From positions 1 to 30,925 of IMG/VR virus record IMGVR_UViG_3300035162_005120: a stretch of DNA of 30,925 nucleotides. One strand, written 5' to 3'. Below the pieces are notes generated by a model. That model saw only the letters and a list, made by a program, of their open reading frames with translations, had not been told where the DNA came from and made no database searches. This DNA is from a virus. Its lineage: Duplodnaviria > Caudoviricetes. This document shows positions 24,385-30,925 of the stretch, one piece after another. How positions within the stretch are numbered: the stretch's first letter is position 1; each line of letters opens with the position of its first letter. Position numbers and translations under genes: made by a program.

Positions 24385-26276
24385 AGAAAAAAACCGTATT
24401 AATTCATTCGAATTTTACCAGAGCTTTTACTGGTTTTGGGAAAAACAAAAAGAACATCATGCGGTATCTGTATGATACGGGCAAATACAATCTTATCGAG
24501 TTAGCTAATGGCGTAGAGTGGGAGGCTCCTAGCACGAAGCTCCTTCCTTGGACTTGTAGGGGCAGTTTACCTAGACCCCAAGAGATGCAGGGCTTAACTA
24601 CTGAACAACAAAGGGAACAGGGTTATGGCTCGAAATTAGTAGACAGAGCTATAAAGGAATTCAAGCCTGATGTTTACATTGGTATGGAGGATATATGGGC
24701 TTTTAATGGGTATCATACAAAGCCTTGGTGGAATAAAGTTAATACGATGATTTGGACTACTCTAGATAGTCTACCTATTTTGCCTCAAGCTATCGAGTAT
24801 GCTCCTAAAATAAAAAATTACTACGTCTGGGCTTCTTTCGCGGAAAAAGCGATGAATGAGTTAGGGTATAATAATGTCAAAACTTTACGAGGATCTCTAG
24901 ACAAAAACAACTTTTATAAGTTAAGCGACGATAAGCGCGATGCTTTAAGGAAAAATAATGAGCTTAGTGATGAGTTCATTGTGGGTTTTGTTTTTAGGAA
25001 TCAACTCAGAAAAAGTGTCCCTAATATTCTAGAGGGTTTTAAACAGTTCAAAGAAGCGGACCCGACATCAAAAGCGAGGTTATTGTTGCACACTCACTGG
25101 TCTGAAGGCTGGGATATCCAAAGGCTATTAAAAGAAAAGGGCATAGATCATTCAGACATCCTGACTACTTACATTTGTAATAAATGTGGTGTATACCATA
25201 TCTCTCCGTTCAAGGGGCAAGAATGTAAATGCTCTTCTTGTGGGACAGAAAAGTCAGTAAATACTACGAACACTGGGAGAGGGGTATCTGATGCTCAGTT
25301 AAATGAAGTCTACAATCTGATGGATGTGTATTGCCATCCTTTTACCAGCGGAGGGCAAGAGATACCAATTCAAGAAGCTAAGCTGACTGAGCTAATAACA
25401 TTAGTTACAAATTATTCTTGTGGAGAAGATTGTTGCACAGAAGAGTCTGGAGGTCTGCCATTAGATTGGACGGAATATAGAGAACCTGGGACTCAATTCA
25501 TCAAAGCCTCCACTTCGCCTGAAAGTATATCCTCTCAATTATCTAAAGTCCATGCTATGACAGAGCAAGAGCGCGATGATTGGGGTAAGAAGTCTAGACA
25601 GTGGACTGTGGATAATTTTAGCATCGAGGTAATCGGAAAACAATTAGAGGATATTATAGACGAAATGCCACCTGTGGAATATGATTATGAGACTTCTCAT
25701 ATGGGGTTTAATCCTGACTATCAACTGAAAGGCAATTACGCTTCTAATGAAGAATTTATTATCGATATTTATAAGAACATCCTAAAGGACGATGTAGATC
25801 AAAACTCCCAAGGGTTTAAGTATTGGATGACTAAGTTACAACAGGGTCAAAGCTATCAAGAGGTATTGAATTATTTCAAACACGTAGCTGTTCGGGAAAA
25901 ACAGAAATCACAAATCCCCAGCATGGAGAGTCTTTTAGCTAAAGAAGGGAAGGCTAAGAAGATTGCCATAGTGATACCTCAAAGCGAAGTGGACGTTTTG
26001 CTTGTTAATGCTTTATTAAAGAATTTAAAATCTCAGTATAAAAAGCATGATTTATATGTTTTCACTAATCCTGATTATTATCCTTATATAGACGATAATC
26101 CTGCAGTGTATAAACTGATGCCATATAACCCTTCTATTGAAAATCAATTAGTCATGGAAGGTTGTAATGACCATGGGGGGTATTTCGATATGACATTTTA
26201 CCCACATGCCACTACACAGAAATCACTGTGCTATCTGCACAATGGAGCTAACAAACACCAATTTGCATTAAAGTAA
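24381..26276 (+). CDS. Multidomain GT4 glycosyltransferase with Cys4 insert, DUF4214-like repeat and GT9 N-terminal-like domain
   Basis: TGFG, FRNQLRK, LNEVYNLMDVY, IPIQEA; CNKC...CSSC insert; SNEEFIIDIYKNIL...GFKYW; KIAIVIPQSEVDVLL...DNPAV. Confidence 0.8.
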   Translation: MKKKTVLIHSNFTRAFTGFGKNKKNIMRYLYDTGKYNLIELANGVEWEAPSTKLLPWTCRGSLPRPQEMQGLTTEQQREQGYGSKLVDRAIKEFKPDVYIGMEDIWAFNGYHTKPWWNKVNTMIWTTLDSLPILPQAIEYAPKIKNYYVWASFAEKAMNELGYNNVKTLRGSLDKNNFYKLSDDKRDALRKNNELSDEFIVGFVFRNQLRKSVPNILEGFKQFKEADPTSKARLLLHTHWSEGWDIQRLLKEKGIDHSDILTTYICNKCGVYHISPFKGQECKCSSCGTEKSVNTTNTGRGVSDAQLNEVYNLMDVYCHPFTSGGQEIPIQEAKLTELITLVTNYSCGEDCCTEESGGLPLDWTEYREPGTQFIKASTSPESISSQLSKVHAMTEQERDDWGKKSRQWTVDNFSIEVIGKQLEDIIDEMPPVEYDYETSHMGFNPDYQLKGNYASNEEFIIDIYKNILKDDVDQNSQGFKYWMTKLQQGQSYQEVLNYFKHVAVREKQKSQIPSMESLLAKEGKAKKIAIVIPQSEVDVLLVNALLKNLKSQYKKHDLYVFTNPDYYPYIDDNPAVYKLMPYNPSIENQLVMEGCNDHGGYFDMTFYPHATTQKSLCYLHNGANKHQFALK

Positions 26277-27416
26277 ATGTCTCATTTAATAGAAGAATAT
26301 GCCAAAAACTTGGGGGTCAAAATCTCTGAGCCTATAGTCAATGATCATTTTTTTCCGATTACCCAGTGTAAGTATATAACCTTGAATCAAGCAGGTGTCG
26401 CGTCGAAAACATATTCGCATTACGATATAGTTCTGAGTCTCCTAAAGCCTTTTCTAGATAGGGCTGATATCAAGGTGATACAGATAGGCGGGGATAAAAA
26501 AATAGAAGGGACTGAGGCGGCTCTAAATATCTCATTTAAGCAGCAAGCTTTTGTTTTGTCTAAATCTTTATTGCATTTTGGCTGCGATGGGGCTTTAGCT
26601 CAAGTGGCTAGTAATAAAAAAATACCTACAGTGACTATTTATGGAAATGCTTTTCCAGCTAATGTGAAGCCTTTCTTTTCTAAGTCTACTATAAACAAAA
26701 GCATACAGCCTAACTGGGATAAGAAACCTTGTTTCGCCGCAGAAGATCCTAAGAGGCAGATAGATACAATTAAACCAGAAATTATAGCGCAAAAGGTTCT
26801 TGATTTGTTAGGTATCGAAAAAGAATCTATAAAATTTGTTACTAAAAATATCGGAGGGTTATTTTCTCAATCTGTAGTGGAGATTATCCCTACATCTTTC
26901 GCCCCTTTGAGAATACCAAAAGGCCAAGAGCTTATGATTAGAACTGATTATGGGTGCGACGAAGTTTCTTTTTTGAAGTATTGCTCTAATTACAAAGTTT
27001 CTATTACGGCGGATTCTCTAATTCAACCTCACGGGTTACAGAAGATAGCGAATAATATAAACAAATTCTTTTTGTTCATTGACTCTAGTTGGGATACTAT
27101 CCCAGCGAATTACTTCGCGGTATTAAAGAACCTGAATATAGATCTGACTATGCTGGTTAAGAACGAAGACGATCTTAATGCTCTGAGGAATAAGTACTTT
27201 GATACGCCTGTAGTCCTTTATGAGGAGGCCGAGCAAGCTCCTTGCAAACTAGGCGATGATTCTAGATTCATGTCTTCTCTGCGGCTTATCGAGGGAGGAA
27301 AAGAGTATTTAAGTTACGCTCATTGGAAAAAAAGTCTTGACGGGAACAATAAAGTACTAGATACTCCCGAATATTGGAGGGAATCAAAACATTTCTATAT
27401 CTATGATCGCGACTAA
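26277..27416 (+). CDS. GT9 (heptosyltransferase-like) C-terminal domain plus unknown C-terminal domain
   Basis: HLIEEYAKNLGV, KYITL, SKTY, VIQIGG, LHFGCDGALAQVAS..IPTVTIYG. Confidence 0.65.
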   Translation: MSHLIEEYAKNLGVKISEPIVNDHFFPITQCKYITLNQAGVASKTYSHYDIVLSLLKPFLDRADIKVIQIGGDKKIEGTEAALNISFKQQAFVLSKSLLHFGCDGALAQVASNKKIPTVTIYGNAFPANVKPFFSKSTINKSIQPNWDKKPCFAAEDPKRQIDTIKPEIIAQKVLDLLGIEKESIKFVTKNIGGLFSQSVVEIIPTSFAPLRIPKGQELMIRTDYGCDEVSFLKYCSNYKVSITADSLIQPHGLQKIANNINKFFLFIDSSWDTIPANYFAVLKNLNIDLTMLVKNEDDLNALRNKYFDTPVVLYEEAEQAPCKLGDDSRFMSSLRLIEGGKEYLSYAHWKKSLDGNNKVLDTPEYWRESKHFYIYDRD

Positions 27417-28176
27417 AACTACAAAAAAGAAAGCAGCAAAAAAATTCTATGGACCAGATGCGTATAAGCGCAATGAGCATGGTCTATTAGAGAATTCGGA
27501 ATACTCCTTCAACGAGGATGGTTCTATTAATTGGAGGGAGATGGTCAAAGATGAGTTCTTGTATCCAAATAAAGGTTGGTTCGATGCTCGCAATGTGCCT
27601 ACCCCTTCGTCCAATGATGGACTGGAAGACAAACAGTTATTGATTATGCTTGGTGGCATTAAAGAAATAGCGAAGATGAGGGGGTATAGCTCTGTTAATT
27701 TCCATGTTAAGAATATCTCAGATGGCTACGTAATGGCTAAATGCACTATTAAATGGAATGAAAATTACGAATCATCCCACACTACTTATTCAGATGTGGC
27801 AAATGCTACTCTGGCGAATACAGACGCTTTCTGTGCAAAATTTTTAGAAACGATTGCTTGTAATAGAGCTTTCGTTAGGTGCGTTCGGAATTACTTGGGT
27901 ATTCACATCGTAGGCGCTGATGAAATCGATAAGTCGAAAGGCGCTGTCCACGTAGTAGACACTTCCTCTTCCGCTTCGACAATAACATCACCTACCGATC
28001 TCCTAGAAAAGACTCTTAGGGAGAAGCATGGGGTTAATTCTTTCGATGATTGTAAGGATGTCCTTAGAGATTTATGGAGAAATAAAAAATACCAGAATGA
28101 AGCTGCTCAGTCATGGGGTTCATTCTCTGATATCCCTACTAAAGAAGCTAGAAAGCTTATCGCTGCGCTTAGCTAA
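27403..28176 (+). CDS. Putative single-strand annealing protein (Rad52/Sak/RecT-like)
   Basis: LLIMLGGIKEIA, beta strands, A.A...N, then ETIACNRAFVRCVRNYLGI...ADE, resembling the AETRAxxRAxR annealase helix; Ser/Thr linker and small C-terminal domain. Confidence 0.5.
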   Translation: MIATKTTKKKAAKKFYGPDAYKRNEHGLLENSEYSFNEDGSINWREMVKDEFLYPNKGWFDARNVPTPSSNDGLEDKQLLIMLGGIKEIAKMRGYSSVNFHVKNISDGYVMAKCTIKWNENYESSHTTYSDVANATLANTDAFCAKFLETIACNRAFVRCVRNYLGIHIVGADEIDKSKGAVHVVDTSSSASTITSPTDLLEKTLREKHGVNSFDDCKDVLRDLWRNKKYQNEAAQSWGSFSDIPTKEARKLIAALS

Positions 28177-28634
28177 TGATAAAAAGGATTCTAGACCCTA
28201 AAGAATTTAAAGTTCTACTGGATGATATATCAGTTCTCTTTGGAGAGGAGGATAAAGTGCATGGCCATGCATTGGTCGAACATGACAAAGAGTATATCTA
28301 TAATGCTTTCGGGAATAAGTCCATATTGGCTTGGGACTTTTTTGTCTGGGGTAATCTCAATGAATCTAATAAATTTGACGCAGTTATAGCTTTTTTAAAC
28401 CATAAGAATGAAAAATTTGGCAAAGAGATTTTTGCAGAATATCTTTGGTTTTCTGACAACCCAAGGGTGGGTCGGAAGCTTTTGAGCAAGGCGGTGTCCT
28501 TCGCCAAAGAAAAAGAATTCGAATACATAACGATGAGTTGCGTAGAGGCCCATCCAAAATCACGAAAAATAGCCAATTTCTACCAGAAAATGGGCTTCAT
28601 CAAAGACTCAGAAACCTATATAGCCAAACTATGA
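28176..28634 (+). CDS. GNAT family acetyltransferase
   Basis: VGRKLL..AV.FAK and NFYQKMGF motifs; TAATG overlap with the upstream gene. Confidence 0.75.
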   Translation: MIKRILDPKEFKVLLDDISVLFGEEDKVHGHALVEHDKEYIYNAFGNKSILAWDFFVWGNLNESNKFDAVIAFLNHKNEKFGKEIFAEYLWFSDNPRVGRKLLSKAVSFAKEKEFEYITMSCVEAHPKSRKIANFYQKMGFIKDSETYIAKL

Positions 28635-28816
28635 ACCAAAAAACAGCAAAGCGGCTGAGAAAAATTTGTAATCCTGTTGACGAGGTGTCAAAAAGGGTGT
28701 ATCGTCGTTTAAAGCGTCAATACAACCAACTACCTAATCATGCAAAAGCAAATTTCCTCGACCTCATCGAACAAAACTTCTCAGAAATCGGACAAATCCT
28801 CTTGGACCAAAAATAA
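28631..28816 (+). CDS. Small basic hypothetical protein
   Basis: ATGA-coupled start at 28631 (MNQKTAKRLRK...VYRRLKRQY), preferred over the track's 28538. Confidence 0.6.
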   Translation: MNQKTAKRLRKICNPVDEVSKRVYRRLKRQYNQLPNHAKANFLDLIEQNFSEIGQILLDQK

Positions 28817-28988
28817 AATAGGCTCACTTTGGCATAAGAAGAACAATAGCGGAAAGAATTTCCTATCGGGAGAGATAGTAATAGATGGGAAGAAAATCCC
28901 ATGCTTGATCTTTAAGAACGATTTCCAAGAAGGTAATACGCCTCATTTTCACATTTACTCGATCTCAGAAGATCCGAGTAGTAAGTGA
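28740..28988 (+). CDS. Small DUF736-like protein, possible nucleic-acid-binding beta fold
   Basis: KIGSLWHK...GKNFLSGEI...LIFKN...PHFHI matches the IGAxW..YLS..PDY pattern. Confidence 0.6.
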   Translation: MQKQISSTSSNKTSQKSDKSSWTKNKIGSLWHKKNNSGKNFLSGEIVIDGKKIPCLIFKNDFQEGNTPHFHIYSISEDPSSK

Positions 28989-28992
28989 ATTC

Positions 28993-29409
28993 TTATGGGG
29001 ATACGCCAGTAATAGGAGGCTCAGGAGGAGGCTCAGGAGGAGGTTCTGGAGTATTGGCCCACGTACGCAAAGCTGGGATAGCGGCAAGGATAGCGTCCAT
29101 TGCGGCTTTGACTTCGGGGACTTCATCTACACAAGACCAAAAAGGTTTGCGCCCATTTTCTCTTGCTGGGACATTGATATATTCTACGCCTTCATTATCG
29201 GGAGTGATCAAAACTTTTTTAGCAACGCCATCATACGGTAGCATTTCAAGAGAAAGTGATCCTCCAGTTGGATCTTCTTCTGCGGTGTTAGGGGCATAAA
29301 TATTAATGCTTCGGACCCAGATAGAATCATAAGTTTCTTCTGGTGAGGCTGGGACAATAAAAGGTTCATCCCGTGGGACGGGATCGCCTAAGTTTTCAGT
29401 AATGGGCAT
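28993..29409 (-). CDS. Acidic hypothetical protein with Pro-rich C-terminus
   Basis: 138 aa, ATG start after an AT-rich intergenic region; more plausible than the overlapping + strand ORF. Confidence 0.7.
   Translation of the reverse strand: MPITENLGDPVPRDEPFIVPASPEETYDSIWVRSINIYAPNTAEEDPTGGSLSLEMLPYDGVAKKVLITPDNEGVEYINVPARENGRKPFWSCVDEVPEVKAAMDAILAAIPALRTWANTPEPPPEPPPEPPITGVSP
29014..29049. repeat. 3 x 12 bp tandem repeat (AGGAGGCTCAGG x2, AGGAGGTTCTGG) encoding PEPP on the - strand
   Basis: Read directly from the sequence. Confidence 0.9.
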
Positions 29410-29545
29410 AATAAATTATATGTTATAAATTAGTTTAATCTATTTTTTATTACACTAGAAATAGCTTTAAATGACCTGCGCTCATTTTCGGGGAGGCTAA
29501 AGGTGGAAATAATTCGTCTTAAATGCATATATGATCAATTGGTAT

Positions 29546-29573
29546 TAGAAAAATGCAGTCAAGCATGTATCAT
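29546..29573 (+). promoter_or_regulatory. Putative promoter TAGAAA-N16-TATCAT
   Basis: Same -35-like hexamer and spacing as 23854-23881; lies 45 nt upstream of ATG 29619. Confidence 0.35.
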
Positions 29574-29618
29574 TATGTGTATTTAGCTAATATTTAAACT
29601 AAAACCCAAAAAACAACA

Positions 29619-29819
29619 ATGAAAGAAGTAGAACTGTCAACCGACGAAATTAAAGCCCTTATTCAACTAATCGATCTCGCTATTAAGTCTAGTGGACTTG
29701 GATCAGCTGAAGCTGGTGTCGTACTCGCTAAGAAGCTCAGCGCTCATCTTGAGCAAGCCCCACAAGAGTCAGAAGACGCACAAATAGTAGAAGCTCCTGT
29801 GTTCGAAACAGTAGAGTAA
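29619..29819 (+). CDS. Small helical phage hypothetical protein
   Basis: 66 aa, ALIQLIDLAIKSSGL..AEA motif recalled from phage hypotheticals; A-rich leader. Confidence 0.7.
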   Translation: MKEVELSTDEIKALIQLIDLAIKSSGLGSAEAGVVLAKKLSAHLEQAPQESEDAQIVEAPVFETVE

Positions 29820-29841
29820 GTTTGGTCCTTTCACAAATCTT

Positions 29842-29882
29842 AACGGCCTCTTCCTTTCGCGGGTAGGGGCTGTTTCTCCTTC
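29842..29882 (+). terminator. Possible intrinsic terminator
   Basis: AACGGCCTCT...AGGGGCTGTT stem with G-U pairs downstream of the 29619-29819 gene; weak pyrimidine tail. Confidence 0.45.
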
Positions 29883-29897
29883 ATCCTAGCTTATATA

Positions 29898-30608
29898 ATG
29901 AAAATAGGTGTTTTGATGTGGTATGATCGTGATATCGAAGATTATGGCGACAATTGCTATAAGATAAATAAAGTTTACTGCGACAAATACAATTATGATT
30001 TAATAAAATCATCAGAAAGAGTTTATGACTCTACCTCGCTGCCTTTTAGAAAAGCACACTGGGAGAGATATCCCCTCATACTTAAACATATAAAGAGTTA
30101 TGATTATGTTATTTGGATCGATGCTGACGCATTCTTTTATAATGTATCTCCCCCAATCACTGATTTGATTAATAAACATAAAAAAGAAATTTTATTTAGC
30201 GAAGATAGTAATCGCTTAAACCCTCCAGCGGTAAATTCAGGTGTTTTGATACTTAAAAACACAGCAAGAGTCATAAATATAATAAAAAAATGGGCTTATT
30301 CGGAGGAGTTAAAGGATAAGTATTGCGGTTATAAATTAATAGACGGTTACTTATGCCCAAGAATGAATTGGGTGGAAGATCAGGCTGTTGTTAGGGGGTT
30401 TGTCAAAGATAACGTCGATGATATAAATAATATATCGAAACTCATACCTTATCTAGAGTTGCAGCACTACGATGTATCAGAAAGAGACGTTTTGGTTAGA
30501 CTCAAAAAGATCCCATATATTTTTCATTTAGCTGGTAAGCATAAATTTAGATTAAAAGAATCAAAAAATTACCTTAATACGCTACGCAAATTAGGGCATG
30601 ATATATAA
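29898..30608 (+). CDS. GT34 (GMA12/MNN10)-like glycosyltransferase
   Basis: YCDKYNY, HWER, YDYVIWIDADA, NSGVLILKN, EDQ and FIFHLAG-like motif. Confidence 0.8.
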   Translation: MKIGVLMWYDRDIEDYGDNCYKINKVYCDKYNYDLIKSSERVYDSTSLPFRKAHWERYPLILKHIKSYDYVIWIDADAFFYNVSPPITDLINKHKKEILFSEDSNRLNPPAVNSGVLILKNTARVINIIKKWAYSEELKDKYCGYKLIDGYLCPRMNWVEDQAVVRGFVKDNVDDINNISKLIPYLELQHYDVSERDVLVRLKKIPYIFHLAGKHKFRLKESKNYLNTLRKLGHDI

Positions 30609-30635
30609 ATCCCTGCATATTTAGATTTTCCTCGC

Positions 30636-30925
30636 TTATACAAAAAAGGATTTTAAATGCCCCACTCTTAGCTTCGGGACTACCAATGGTTTTATTTTAA
30701 GCTTATCGTACACATTTCTGCAAAAAGAAACATCTTCGAAGCTTAAGTCATGCACATCTATTTTTTCTCCCTCTACATGTGGGCTTTTGCAATTGAGGAT
30801 ATCAGCATTTCTTAAAGGATAATAAGGATAATCCATTTGCTCATAAATTGATCGATGCACTTTTGTAAAGCCAAATCCGCACCAATCTACCTCAACCAAT
30901 TTATTTGGTTCCTCTTTCCCCAATT
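30636..30925 (-). CDS. C-terminal part of a GT2-like glycosyltransferase, truncated by the window edge
   Basis: VEVDWCGFGFTKVHRSIYE, SFEDVSFC, RVGHLK; frame open to the end of the window. Confidence 0.75.
   Translation of the reverse strand, partial: LGKEEPNKLVEVDWCGFGFTKVHRSIYEQMDYPYYPLRNADILNCKSPHVEGEKIDVHDLSFEDVSFCRNVYDKLKIKPLVVPKLRVGHLKSFFV

Noticed and set aside
1307-28576. Short - strand ORFs in the track (e.g. 1307-1489, 2718-2996, 10881-11105, 15816-16112, 21215-21493, 28298-28576)
   Set aside because: All lie antisense to well-supported + strand genes and show no recognisable motifs.
28985-29299. + strand 104 aa ORF with GGSGGGSGGGSG
   Set aside because: Antisense shadow of the PEPP repeat gene at 28993-29409; the Gly/Ser run is the reverse complement of Pro codons.
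29410-29618. tRNA, riboswitch or replication origin in the long intergenic gap
   Set aside because: No cloverleaf, convincing stem set or iteron repeats found by eye.
1-30925. Stop-codon reassignment as in some large phages
   Set aside because: Standard code gives full-length genes at high density, and TAA, TAG and TGA all end well-defined proteins.

Overview
Gene-dense, almost entirely + strand, AT-rich window read in the standard genetic code. It looks most like part of a large dsDNA bacteriophage genome (inference: divergent replication genes, no host-type housekeeping operons, small phage-type ORFs, no rRNA/tRNA seen). There are four blocks. (1) 421-10167: a glycan cassette with 4-5 glycosyltransferases, 2 methyltransferase-like genes, a dTDP-3-amino-3,6-dideoxyhexose pathway (rmlA, rmlB, FdtA/QdtA cupin, DegT-type aminotransferase) and gmd; its core is more AT-rich than the flanks. 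(2) 10176-19806: a replication/recombination operon with a RecA-like protein, two PD-(D/E)XK nucleases, DnaB, a DnaG-like primase and a Pol III alpha split into three coupled genes (metal-less PHP, DEDDh exonuclease, catalytic core). (3) 19818-28988: a ClpA/C ATPase, a possible Hfq/Sm-like protein, an APH-like pseudokinase, a possible Whirly-fold ssDNA-binding protein, a GT4/GT9 pair whose GT9 is split across an in-frame stop, an annealase-like protein and a GNAT. (4) 28993-30925: small hypotheticals and two more glycosyltransferases. The clearest non-coding signal is a repeated sigma70-type promoter whose -10 box sits exactly 5 nt before the start codon, implying leaderless mRNAs; these promoters overlap the 3' ends of upstream genes or, in one case, a terminator. 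All family calls are from motif recognition by eye; no searches were run.
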